A stretch of 64,000 bases of DNA from Felis catus (taxonomy: Eukaryota): positions 17,796,001 through 17,860,000 of the forward strand of contig NC_058383.1 in assembly GCF_018350175.1 (NCBI RefSeq), given 5' to 3'. Both the position numbers and the translations under genes were made by a program. This document shows, piece by piece, positions 42,600 to 55,155 of the stretch (position 1 is the stretch's first letter; each line of letters opens with the position of its first letter). A model generated the notes under the pieces. The model was not told the origin of the DNA. It saw nothing but the letters and a program-made list of their open reading frames with translations, and searched no databases.

Positions 42600-44526
42600 A
42601 ACCTTTATGTGGTAAAAGAGACTTGTCCTTAAAATGTGTGTATGGACAGTGCCCTGGGCAGTGGGAGACACTCGGTGGCAACTATACAGTGAAAGCCATA
42701 GGGCCTTGTTTGGGAAGTGCTTTTATGTTCCACGTGTCACGAGAATCTTATAATCCGATGCCCCAGAGACATGACCTTCCCATATCTTCCCAGGTTCATG
42801 TCTCATGCTTTGAATCCTGCACACGGAGGGGGCTCAGTGTGGGAGGTGCGAGAAAGCTTTCAACTTTGTGGGATATCCCTCGTACCAAACAGAGGGTCTG
42901 GTCTGTCCTTGGACCAGAGAACAGACCCTGTTCTCGTATCCAGGCCTAGAGCCTGGGTTCCATCTTCATCGCTCTCCTCTCCCCAGCAGGAACCTCTAAC
43001 CATCACTTTGGGCGGACCCTGAGTCACCAGAACTGCAGGGAGTGTGTGCAGTTCCGACCCCACCTGTAGGGGGCACGTGTGGGACCAAGCGTGAGGATTG
43101 GACAAGTCTAGCCTTTAAAACCCACCCACCTGGGGCACCTGGCTGGCTCAGTCAGTTAAGTGTCGGACTCTGGATTTGGCTCAGTTCGTGATCTCGCGGT
43201 TTGTGAGATAGAGTGTCGGGCTCTGAGCTGACAGTGTGGAGCCTGCTTGCGATTCTCTCCCTCTTTCTGACTCTGCCACTCCCCTGCCCTCTCTCTCTCA
43301 AAATAAATAAACTGAAAAAAAAAAAAAAAAAAGACCCACTCCCCAGGCTGTGCCTGATTTGCTACAGCTCTGCCTGTTTTGGGGAACCCCTAGACCTATT
43401 GGGATCACCTTGCTCCCACCCCACCTTTAGCCTACTTTTCTTTCCTAAGCCTCAGCCCTCCTAACACTTGGCTCTTAGGAAAGGATGAGGAGTTGGTGCT
43501 GTGGGTGAGCCTGGGAGCTCCTGGGGCGTGGCCTGCCTTTACCTTAGTTGAGTAGGACAGGCTCTTTCATTCTTTTTTCACGCATGAGGAAAATGAGTTT
43601 ACAGAGCTGCTCAAAGTCACTGCATGGATAAGAGGCAGTGAGACATTCAGACCACGTCTGCCTGGCTCCATCGGCCCCCGGGGGCTCGGCCACTTAGGCA
43701 GGTGAGGAATCCTCGCTCTATGAGGGTTCTCGGGCCTCAGAATCCTCACCTCACCCCCAGCCCCACGCCCGTCTATAGGGCCTTATAACTTGTCAGAAGC
43801 AAATAACTTCTCTAAGCACATTTCAGTTCAGCGTCTTATGTTCTCCAAGGTTTAAGAAGGAGACTTAGAGATTATGTGGTTCAATGCAGTTTGGTTGTGT
43901 TTAGTGTTTTTTTTTAAAGTTTTAGTTTTGGAAGTGGGACATTATTTTTCAAGTAACATCTCTTGGTCCTTTTAAGACCTTTGTAAACTTTATGCACATT
44001 CTTGTACAGACATCCTACCACACAGAACTTCAAATATTAAATGAAATATTCCACTTCCCCCATTTGATAGACTTCATATATGTACCTATATGTGTTAAAT
44101 AGAACTGCATTTGACCACCTGACATAATACATTTATAGACATTTGTTTTAACATTTATTCCAGTTATACAATTTAATTTTCATATTTTGGAGTTGATTTT
44201 CTTTTTCAACTCCCAAACGTGTTTGTGGGCTACTGAAAGCTGGGAGGCCCTGGGCACGGTTCATTGATAAAGTAGCCTATATGCTATTTCCAGAACTTTA
44301 ATATATTAAAGCAGATCAAATGACAGGGGGAGACTCAGCTGCTCCGCCCCTACCCCTCTCTTCCCCGTGAGAGCTCCTGAGGTACCTTCAGATCCCAGGT
44401 GGGGCAGGCCAAGCCCAGAAAGGGCACGCATCACTCCCAAGGTCACGGTGGAGAACTAGGTCGTCTGACCTGCAGTCCAGTGAGCCGCTTTTACCACATC
44501 ATCCTGTACAACTAAACTATATTTTA

Positions 44527-44978
44527 ATGTTTATTTATTTTGAGAGAGAGAGAGCGAGCATGCATGAGCAGGGGAGGAGCATAGAGAGCGGGAGAGAGAG
44601 AGAATCCCAAGCAGGCTCAGCACTGTCAGGGCAGAGTCCAAAGCGGGGCTTGATCCAATGAACTGAATGGTGAGATCGTGACCTGGAGCTGAAATCAAGA
44701 GTCGGATGCTTAACCGACTGAGCCAGCCAGGTGCCCCAAACCATGTTTTAAAAAGTAATCTCGGGGCGCCTGGGTGGCTCAGTTGGTTAAGCGGCCGACT
44801 TCGGCTCGGGTCATGATCTTGCGGTCCGTAAGTTCGAGCCCTGCGTCGGGCTCTGTGCTGACGGCTCAGAGCCTGGAGCCTGTTTCGGATTCTGTGTCTC
44901 CCTCTCTCTCTGCCCCTCCCCCGTTCATGCTCTGTCTCTCTCTGTCTCAAAAATAAACGTTAAAAAAATTTTTTTTTA
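44527..44978. mobile_element. Head-to-head inverted Can-SINE pair
   Basis: - strand SINE ending about 44737 followed 25 nt later by a + strand young SINE from 44763. Confidence 0.85.
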
Positions 44979-47610
44979 AAGTAATCTCTTCGTCCAGTAT
45001 GGAGCTTGAACTCACAACTCCAAGATCAAGAGCCGCGTGCCCCACCAACGGAGCCAGCCAGGCGCCCCGCAACGAAACCATTCGTATCTACCACCTTTAT
45101 CAAGCACTTAGGTGCTAGCAACAGCTTGCCAGTATTATTTCGCGTTCACAACAGCTCTGAGGCCTATGCAGCTATGATTCCCATTTTACAGATGAAGAAA
45201 TGAGTCCCAGAGAGGTTAGGTACTTGCCCTGCGCGGCTTAGTTACAAAGCAGCAGCGCCCGGACTCCAACCTAGGTCTGACTAGGTTTTGACTCTTTTCC
45301 CAAGGAGACCAAGATGCTACTTTCTCACTTTGTGCCATGAGTATAGTGTTTTCTAGAGGCGGCATGACACGTGATAACATGTGTCATCATTCTGACAGCT
45401 TGCGGGGAACGTGGGCTGGGGTGTCCTTATGTTTTTACATTTTTCTCCCTTTTAATTTCTTTAAAACAATTTTTTTAACATTTATTTTTGAGAGAGAGAG
45501 AGACAGAGCATGAGTGGGGGAGGGGCAGAGAGAGAGGGAGACACAGAGTCTGAAGCAGGCTCCAGGCTCTGAGCTGTCAGCACAGAGCCCGACGCGGGGC
45601 TCGAACTCACAGACTGTGAGATCATGACCTGAGGTCGGACGCTTAACCGACTAAGTTGCCCAGGCGCCCCTCTCCATTTTAATTTCTAATCGGATAAACA
45701 CCGATAGATATAACCCATATAAACAAAAGCTCTTTGGGGATCTTTAATTTTTAAGAGTATAAAAGGGTTCTGAGACCAAAACACGTGAGGGCCACTGAAT
45801 CAAACGCTTACTTGTGCCAGCCTTGGTGAGGGGTCAGTGTTGGTTACACATGTGAGTGAAGACTGAATCCTGCCTTTTAGAACCTCCTAGTCTCGAGAGA
45901 GGAGCCCACACAATCAGCGTTATGTGTTCCAATGAGGTATGTAAAGCGGAGATTAAATGGGTCATTTTGTCCAGGAGCTGAGGGGGTGACAAAAGCTGTG
46001 AAGTGCTTCGAAGTAGGAAGATTTTATTTGTTTTATTTTTTACTTTTTAAAAACATTTTATCTATTTTATTTTTAATTTGTTAAACATTTATTCATTTTT
46101 TTGATAGAGACAGAGCACGAGTAGGGGAGGGGAAGAGAGAGAGGGAGACACAGAGTCCGAAGCGGGCTCCAGGCTCCGAACGGACAGCACAGAGCCCAAC
46201 GCGGGGCTCGAACCCACGGACCGTGAGATCACGACGCGAGCTGAAGTCGGACGCTCAACTGACTGAGCCACCCAGGCGCCCCTAAAAATATTTTACTTTT
46301 AAGTAATCTCTACACCCAACATGGGGCTCGAACTCACAACACCAAAATCAAGAGTTGCATGCTCTACTGACTGAGCCAGTCAGGCTCAGTAGGATTTTAA
46401 AGAATAGAGAAGAGGTGGGACTGGGCCAGGGGAACAGCATGTGCAAAGGCACAGAGGCAGGGAAGGACACATAGGCATTTGAGGACAGGAGCTGTTAAGC
46501 AAGTTGGGATATAGATTCCTGGGCATGACGAGGGCAGGTCTGTTCCTGAAATGAACCTCCCAGATTTTCTTGTTTCCAACCTTAGTGAAAATATTTACCT
46601 GTTGTTTGTGTGTCACAGAGTATCACTGAGGTGAGAGGATCCTCTCCGTCACTCTCTAACCTGCTATCCTGCTTTTCTTCACAACACCCTCACCACCTGG
46701 AATCACATTTCTACTTTATTTTAATTTTTTACGTTTATTTATTTTTGATAGACACCGAGAGACAGAGCACAAGTGGGGGAGGGGCAGAGAGAGAGAGAGG
46801 GAGACACAGAATCCGAAGCAGGCCCCAGGCTCCGAGCTGTCAGCTGAGAGCCCGACGCGGGGCTTGAACCCACAAACCGTGAGATCATGACCTGAGGTCG
46901 GACGGCCAACCGACTGAGCCACCCAGGCGCCCCACATTTCTACCTTATAACTGTTTTCCCAGCGGGGCGACGCTTCCTGAGGGCAGGGACTTCTCCCTGG
47001 TTTTCATCACCAGGCCCTCAGGGCACAGAACAGGGCCTGACACAAAGCTCTCAAGAATCAGTAGAAGCCGGTAGGCTTCTCGAGACCCAGAGAGAATCTC
47101 ATGTCTTTTTAGCAGTTTTGCCTTCCCTGGGACACGGGCCTCACTTCTTCCTTTCTCAGGTCTTCCCTATGAGGAACCATGGGGCTGGACCAGAAGGGTG
47201 CTGACGAAGCTGAAGAGGCAGGCAGGCTTTGAAAGACTGCTCTGGGCCTTGTGGGCTCAAGAATGTTCGCTTACTCTCCCGCAGGCAGAAGGGAGCCATC
47301 AAAGGTCACTGCTTGGAAGGCCAAATGTTGCTTCTCAGCTCCCATTGCTGGACCCAGAGCTGGCTTCAGAATTACTCCGTATTCCGCCTCGCCCCACCCC
47401 CGCGCCCCCATCCTACTGACCACAAGAGGGCAGCAGTGATGAGCCCCCATCCCTCCAAATGCTGCGGGCCTCGGGGTCAGGCTCTACCAATTGTTGCTTA
47501 AAACAAAACAAAACAAAACCAGGGAGGGCCTATTCTCACACCTAAATGAATTGTCAGGGCCAGAATGTGCACCGGCATGAAAACATCGCACAATTGGACA
47601 GATTTTCACA

Positions 47611-47616
47611 TTTATT
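47611..47616 (-). other. ITGAL polyadenylation signal (3' UTR about 47590-48811)
   Basis: tttatt on + = AATAAA on -, about 1.2 kb past the ITGAL stop. Confidence 0.65.
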
Positions 47617-48811
47617 GGGTACACATATGCAGGCACCGTGAGCCAGGTGGACAGCCGTGGCCTGCTCCCTTGAGCTCACAGCCTCCCAGTGGGGGCCGCA
47701 GCGGGGTGGGATGGAGTCCTGGTGGGGGCTGGGAGCAAGGAGGCAGGAGCCTGGGGAAGACCTTGAAGGGTGGAGACGCCAGGGGCCCATCCGAAACGCT
47801 TTCTCGATCTTTTCACAGGCGCTAGGTTCAGTGAAATTGTGCAAGCGCCTACTGGGTCTGGCTCTGTGATGTCACCAGGGGATCCCAAGGTGAACATGAC
47901 AGGTATGGTCCCTACCCTCTCGGAGTTCGATGTTTAATTTGAGAGACAAATATTAAGTGACAGTGTGATCTGTACTGTGAGGGGCAAATGTAACACGGGA
48001 ACCCACCTGGGTAGGGGTTGGGGGCGGCCCTGAGGCAGTTGTACGCGAGCTGAGATCTGAAGGCTGAGAGAGTCAGCCAGGAAAAGGGCTGCGGAGGAAT
48101 GTTCCAGGCAGAGGGAGCAGTCTGGGTGAAGGCGGTGAGACAGGAAGGAGCCTGGCTAGCGAGAAAGGCTGGTGTAATCGGAGCTTAGAAAGGGAGGCGG
48201 AGAGTCTCTGGAGGAGGCCAGGAAGGCAACAGGGGCCCAATTCTGCACGGGCATGTTAAGGCTATTTCGCAGATCGTGGAAGGCGTATTAAGGAACTTGG
48301 TCTGTAGCCAAAGAGCAGGGGGTTTGCAGCGGCCATGTAGTGACACAGATCGGATTTGCTCTCTGGCTTTGCTCTCTGGCGGCAGACTGGAAAGCTGACC
48401 GGACTCCAGGCAGGGGAGAGTGAAGGACGAGGTTCTGGGAGTCTGAGGCCTCTGGGGACGTCCAAGGGCAGGTGGGTGTGAGGGCCGGGAGGGTCACTAG
48501 GTCCTGAGATGACAGTTTTTCCAAATTTAGATCAGACAGTCTCTTCCAGGGGAGGATACTAAGAAGGGCTGGGGGAAGCCAGGACCAGCTGAGAATTACA
48601 AGGCCTCGCCTCCGCAGCCTTCCTGGCCCATCCTTCACCATGAACCTGCAAAGCAGGCCGGCAGGAGTGAGCTCCACGTGCAAGACAGCGAAACTGGGGC
48701 CTAGGTGGGGGCAGTGGCTTGCCCGAAGACACGCAGTGAAACACAGGTAGAGGCAGAGTGGTACCAGGCCTCCCGAGTCCAGTCCTGGGCCCTCTGCATC
48801 GGGCCTGGGCC

Positions 48812-48985
48812 TCAGTCTTTGTCATTTCCATCCTGGGTCTCCTCCTCCTGGAGGGGCTCCAGGCAGCCCGGATCCCCACCCTCTTCCTTGGGCTCTGGTT
48901 GTCCAGAGTCTTCTCTAGGGATTCCATTGGAAGCTTCTACGGTAGCCTCCATCTTCTCCTTCAGATTCCGTTTGAAGAAGCCGAG
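48812..48985 (-). CDS. ITGAL: ITGAL last coding exon (cytoplasmic tail)
   Basis: LGFFKRNLKEKMEA...DGNDKD*, integrin-alpha GFFKR motif, ctacag acceptor. Confidence 0.95.
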   Translation of the reverse strand, partial: LGFFKRNLKEKMEATVEASNGIPREDSGQPEPKEEGGDPGCLEPLQEEETQDGNDKD

Positions 48986-49664
48986 CTGTAGGAAGACAAA
49001 AATGGAGTGAGCCACGGTCCATGGAACACTCTGGACGAGTCAGCCTCGGCAAAACATGAAAGCACCCTTAATGTTAATGAGTCACACATGCCACGGACAT
49101 GTGGTATCTGCCCCAGAGACAGGACGAGGGTCTCTGCCACACCCAGCTCCTGGCAATATGTTAAAAAGCTGTATGTTTAATAGTGCATTCTTTAGGCTCA
49201 TCAAAATGTCATGGAGCAATATTTTAGGTGGCCGATTTGACCATATCCAGTGATACTATTAGCGAGAGCCTGCTCTCTGTTGAAAGGTCAAAACATATAT
49301 GTTCTTTGGCTCAGCCATTCCAGCTCCAGGAATTAATTTTTTTTTTTAATGTTTGTTTATTTTGAGACAGAGAGAGAGAGAGAGAAAGCATGAGTGGGGT
49401 GGGGGAGGAGCAGAGAGAGGGGAGAGAGAGAGAGAATCCCAAGCAGGCTCTGTGCCATCAGTGCAAAGCCCGACGAGGGGCTCCATCATATGAACCATGA
49501 GATCGTGACCTGAGCCGAAATCAAGAGTCAGACATTTGGGGCACCCGGGTGGTTCAGTCGGTTAAGCGGCTGAGTTCGGCTCAGGTCATGATCTCATGGC
49601 TTGTGAGTTCGAGCCCCGCGTCGGGCTCCGTGCTGACAGCTCGGAGTCTGCAGCCTGCTTCGGA

Positions 49665-49707
<43 letters not shown>

Positions 49708-50635
49708 TCTCTCTCTCTGCCACTCCCCCGCTCATGCTCTGTCTCTCTCACTCTCAAAAATAAATAAACGTTTAAAAAAATTAAAAAAATAATAATAATA
49801 AACATTAAAAAATTAAAAAAAAAAAGGTGGGGCATCCAGACAGCAGCAAACCAGCCAAGTGAAAAAGCAAGAGGCAGATCTGATTGTGCAACACACACAG
49901 AGACATCAGGATATAATATCCAGTGGGAAATATAAGCTCCCAAGCAGTATAGATGGTATTATTCCATTTGTGTTTTCTACACATATACATAGACACTGAC
50001 TTCTCTCTTTTTCTCTTTCATGCTCATACATATACGTATGTTTAAACAACAAAATTAGACCCTGGAAGAATAGAAACAAAATGGTTGCTAATGACACCCC
50101 TCTGCGGGGTGCAACAGGGAGAAATTGATTTTCTGTGTTGTCTTCTGGAGTATTTGAGGTTTTCATGTGGAACAGCTGCCCTCCGGCACTATTCACCTGC
50201 CTGCTCCTTCTTCAAATCCCAGCTCAAATGCCTCCTCTCCTGGGAGGGCTTCCCGGACTCCCCCAGCCTAAGTGAGGCTCCAGCACCCAGGTCCCTGAGT
50301 GGGGCCCTTAGCAGGTGTGTTCCTGTCTGCCTCCCCCGTTAGACTGTGAGCTCCCCGAAGGCAATGTCTGTGGTACGTGCCCCTGTGTCCCACTGCCTGG
50401 CCCATGATACGTGGGAAAACCCTCCTTCCCTAGGTACCCAGTCCTGGCTCTGCCAGTGCCTAGTGGAGGCTGGGGGAAAGTCTCACTTGCTCTTTGGGCT
50501 TCAGGAGTCCTAACTACAGAAGGAGGGAGTAGGCTGAGGACGCTTTTAGCTTTAACGCTCCCTGATCTTGGTATTTTCTGCCCTTTCCCTAGCCTGGCTG
50601 TCTCAGTCATGCCCATTACTCCCAGAAGCTCCCAC

Positions 50636-50746
50636 CTTGTAGAGTACCCCGAGAATCACCAGGAACAACAATAGTCCCCCAGTGCTGCTCAGCACGTAGA
50701 CGTAGAGCATGTCCTTCTCATATACGATGTCCACCTTCATGATGAC
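50636..50746 (-). CDS. ITGAL: ITGAL exon (transmembrane)
   Basis: [37 protein letters not shown], 111 nt, AG/GT. Confidence 0.95.
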
Positions 50747-51471
50747 CTGGAGGAGGGGGGAAAGGGGACCGTAGGAAGAAGGCTTTTCCACCTTTAATAT
50801 TCTTGTGAAGGGCTAGGCCTTAGCAACTTCTGGTCAGGGTTGCTTCCTGACACTACCAGGCTCTGGCCCAGACACTTCCCTCCAGCGTGCACCCCTGTGC
50901 GGCCACCGGAGTGAACTGGCGAACTTGCACATGACCCACCTTCAGTGCTTAAATGGCTTCCCTTCGTCCCAGGATAAAATGCCAGAATCTCAGCTCAGCG
51001 TGCAAAGCCTCCAGAATCCGGCTTACGCTCACCTTGTTAGGCGCAGTGTCCCTTCTGCTGCTCTGAGCTTCCTGCTCTTCAACCTGCCTCGCCCACCCGC
51101 TCAACTGGGTGGCCTGGGCCCCGCGCTCTCGACCCACGCTGCTCAGAGCGCTTTCCCATCATGCGCAGAGTGGGTATGGGGTGGGTACCCTGGCTGAGCT
51201 GCCCGCAAGTTGACCTCCGCCCGACACATCTCAGACAGGTGACCTCGGGGGCTGCTTGGCCACCAGTGGTGGTGGGGAGCCCCGGGCATCCACCAAGGCC
51301 CTCGCCAAGGCTGACGGCTCTGATGGCCGGGAAGCTCTTCCCTGTGCCGAGCCCGGACCTCCCATGTGGCTGTCCCCCTTCTGGCTCTAGCTCTTCTAGC
51401 TCGACCCTGGGGCTCCTCAGATGCCCCTGCTGACCTCTGCTGCCGGGGCTTCTGAGGAGGCAGAGACATAC

Positions 51472-51567
51472 CTGGGCCAGGGAGGCACTGTCGTCATACA
51501 GGTGGAAGTGCTTGCTGCTGTTGAAGGAGATGGAGAGAGAGCTACAGAGGCTGAGCATGGAGGAGGC
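51472..51567 (-). CDS. ITGAL: ITGAL exon
   Basis: [32 protein letters not shown], 96 nt, AG/GT. Confidence 0.93.
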
Positions 51568-51981
51568 CTGTGGGAGGGTGGGGGAGGGGTCAGGCCAGGG
51601 AGAACAAGGGCCGGGACGCACCGACGTCCGCACCCCACCTCGACTCAGCGTGGAGAAGCTGAGGAGCACGGGACCCAGTGGGGTGCGCCACGGCCACCGT
51701 GCTCTCTACCGTAGCGTCCTCACGGACCGCTCCCCGCGGCTGGAAGGAAAGTTTTCCTACGGAGAACCCAGAAGAACCATCCGCAGGCCCGTGAACACAG
51801 CCCGGCGAGTTTCAAACAAATCATGGTTCTCTTTCATCCGCCACTATGTAAATATCAGGGCTTTTCATCAAGGTAGTAAAGAAAAAGGCAGGAAGACCAG
51901 GTGGTGAGGAAGCCCCCCCTCGAGCCGTCGAGGTCCCCCCACACCCCCTGGACCATGGCGTCTGCGGCCAGCGGGTGCTAC

Positions 51982-52080
51982 CTTGATCTCCTCCACCAGC
52001 TCCATTGTCCCGATCACTTGGACGAGGATCTCCTGCTTGAACGTAAGTGGGCAGCGGAACTTGGCTTCGGGCAAACAAGG
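51982..52080 (-). CDS. ITGAL: ITGAL exon
   Basis: [33 protein letters not shown], 99 nt, AG/GT. Confidence 0.92.
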
Positions 52081-52176
52081 CTGCCAGGAATAGAGACAGG
52101 AGCGGTCAGAGAGGCCCGTCTTCCCACCTAGACTCTGCCGGCCCCGGCCCCAACCTCTGAGCCCGTGCCCCTGTAC

Positions 52177-52233
52177 CTCAGCCACAGTGGGCAGCGTCTC
52201 CGGATCCTCACGGTGGCAGGTCACAGAAGGATC
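52177..52233 (-). CDS. ITGAL: ITGAL exon
   Basis: [19 protein letters not shown], 57 nt, AG/GT. Confidence 0.85.
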
Positions 52234-52479
52234 CTAGGAATGGTCTTCAGTTAGTCCAGAGCAGAGAGAGGACGCCGGCCCCTTAAGAACCTGGCTTCCT
52301 CTCCCCCCCCTCCCCCCCCCCCCCCGCCCCCGCCCTCCCCCAGCCTCCTGGGGTGTGGCATCTCCCACAGTTCAGTCCCACTGGCTCTTGGCGGATTCAG
52401 AACTCACTGAGCCCAATGGGATTCGTCCACCCTCACACCCTACACATCCGTCCCCCTTTAGGAGCTCCCCGCCACAGAC

Positions 52480-52620
52480 CTGGGTGTGTTGCCCTCCTCT
52501 GGGCAGGATCTGCACAGTCCACTCGTGTTTGATGGGCCCCTTGCTGCGTGACTCTGGTACCCCGACCAAGGCCTCCAGGGGGGGCACGTTGTGGTCATAG
52601 GCAGAAGGCTGAATCCTCAC
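52480..52620 (-). CDS. ITGAL: ITGAL exon (donor position uncertain)
   Basis: [38 protein letters not shown]; no GT at the expected position 52506, next in-phase donor CAG|gtctgt at 52479. Confidence 0.75.
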
Positions 52621-54149
52621 CTAGGACAGAGGATGAGGGGCTGCAGAGCCCTAAATGCCAGCCACCCCCCAACTGCCACTCCAGATGCCATTCTCACGGG
52701 CTGAGCCCTGAGAAGCCATGCTCTGTCAGGCTTCACCCAGCCCCTGTCCTCAAAGCCTTACAGCGTGGGCTACGGGTGCCTCCATGCTTTCTCCCGCGGG
52801 GTAGACCCTTGCACATCCAGCAACGTACTGCTCCAATATCATTTTTGAAGGTCTGGCTGATCCCCTCAGTGGCAGGGCAGCTCCCCCCTGTGTGTATCTC
52901 TACTAGACTGCGTGCTTCCTGAGGGCAGCAGCTGTGGCTTATTTCGCTTGCAATTCCCTGCTGCTTGACACCCTACCTAGCATAGCAGGCCTCCAAAAAA
53001 GTCATTTTTTGAATGAATGACATTTAACAAGGATAGATGCAAAAATTATTCGCACGATGCAGGTTGGAAAGCCTCCTTTTGCCAAGGGCCTTGGTTTAAG
53101 AAATATTTCCTGAGTACCTTTTATATGAAAGAGCCGGGGTGCCTGGGTGGCTCAGGCGGTTAAGCATCTGACTCTTGGTTTTGGCTCAGGTCATGATTCT
53201 GTGGCTCATGGGATCGAGCCCCACGTCAGGCTCCACTGCACAGTACAGAGTCTGCTTGGGATTCTCTCCCCTCTCTCTCTGCCCCTCCCCAACTCGTGCT
53301 CTCTCTCAAAATCAATAGACAAACTTAAAAAAAAAAAAGAAAGAGCTATCTGTGCTAAGGCTGGAAGACCCAGATATGGACAAGAAAGTGACACAGAAAT
53401 AGCACCAGTGAACGTCCCAGGGAGGTCAAGCAGGGAATCAGATGTCCAGTTTGAGAGGTTCTATCATTTATTCACTCAACAAACATTTGTAGACACTTGA
53501 AAAATATCAGTCAAATTAAATTGAAAAGGCCTAATGTCAGAGGCAGCGTTTGAATTTAACTGTGAAAGGTAGAGAGGAGTCAAACGGATAAAGACAGAGA
53601 AGGGCATCCAAAGAGAGAAAATGTAGCAGTTAGGGCAGCACCAGGGGAGTATGATGCGGCTGGAGGTGCGCTGCCTGGGGACAGAGATAGGAGGTACGTC
53701 TGGAAAGGAGACTCGGGATGAGACAGTGTGCCCGGAAAGCCTAAGGGCGAGAGATCAGGGGACCCTCGGCTAGGCAATGGGGAGTCATGGCAGGCAGCTG
53801 AGGGGGGGCGGGTGGCTCCAGGGAGACTCACTCACTGCAGGCCCAGAATGGAAAGGAGTGGGAAAGGCAGGCTGAGGTCCACGCTGGGAGCCTGTGCCAA
53901 CAGTCCAGTTGCAAGAAGACGAGGATCTGAGTCCGAGCAGTAGCGGGGGCAAAAGAGAGAAGAGAATACAGAACGGAAGCTGAAGAGGCAGGGGCCCCAG
54001 GCACAGAGGAGGGAGAAATTCCCCCAGGCTTGGAAGTTTTGCTTGAGGGAAAGGGTGCCTTGGAGGGATTCTCAGCAAACCGGAGGTGACGCTGGCTTAG
54101 GAGAAAATGATACATTTGGTTTAGAACATGTTAAGACAAAGCATCAAGA

Positions 54150-54830
54150 GGAACCACTGCTCTCCTAGGTGTATATCCAAGAGTTTATGAAACACGTCTG
54201 CATCAAAACTTGTACAGGAACGTTCAAGCAGCATTGTCTGTAATAGCCAAAAAGTGGAAGCCACCCAGATATCCACCGGTTGATGCGTGGATAAATCAAA
54301 CGCGGCCTACCTTGCCATGGAATATTATCTGGCAATAAAAATGAATGAAATACTGACACACGCTCCAATGTGGATGAACCTCGAAAACACTCTGCTAACT
54401 GAAAGAAGCCAGTCACCAAAGACCACATAATGGGGGCGCCTGGGTGGCTCAGTCGGTTAAGCAACTGACTTCAGCTCAGGTCATGATCTCATGGTTCGTG
54501 GGTTCGAGCCCCGCGTCGGGCTCTGTGCTGACAGCTCAGAGCCTGGAGTGGGCTTCAGATTCTGTGTCTCCCTCTCTCTTGTCCCTCCCCTGCTCGTGTT
54601 CTGTCTCTCAAAAATAAACAAACGTTAAGAAAAATTAAAAAAAAAAAAAAAGACCACATACTGTATGATTCCTCCTCCACATAATACCCAGAACAGGCCA
54701 ATCTATGGACAGAGACTAAAGTTGTGGTTGCCGGGAGCTGGGGGAGCGTGGGGGGGAAGAGTGACTGCAAAAGGGGACAGGGCATCTTTCTGGAAAAAGG
54801 AAAATCTTCTAAAATTATACAGTGGTGTTA
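54150..54830 (+). mobile_element. Old L1 3' fragment with inserted SINE (about 54432-54650)
   Basis: ctcctaggtgtatatccaagag...gcagcattgtctgtaatagccaaaaagtggaag; SINE flanked by aaagaccacata duplication. Confidence 0.75.
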
Positions 54831-54959
54831 ATAGTAGAGCTGGCATTTTAGCCTAGGCTGGGACTCCAGAGGCTGGAACTGGCGCCTTCCTTGGATGACG
54901 GTGATGATGACAATGCCGACAGCAACCACAGTTGACTGGTCCCTCGTGGGTCAAGGGCT

Positions 54960-55155
54960 ACGCAGGACACTTAACAAGCCTTTTCTTATTTGCTCCTTAT
55001 AACGACCCCATACAGTAGATGCTATTAGTGTCCCCATTTTACAGATTGAAAACCTGACACTCAGAGAGGTTAAGTAAACTGCCCAAGGCCACACAGCTTT
55101 ACATGGCAGAGCTTCAGAAAGACTTCAGGTCTGGCTGAGGCCTATGCTCCTAACC
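54960..55155 (-). mobile_element. MIR element in ITGAL intron
   Basis: ccccattttacagattgaaaacctgacactcagagaggttaagtaaactgcccaaggccacacagc MIR core. Confidence 0.85.

Noticed and set aside
53828..53945. Cryptic exon in the long ITGAL intron (gtgagt donor-like site)
   Set aside because: No recognisable peptide similarity or clear acceptor; lies in what looks like old repeat-derived sequence.
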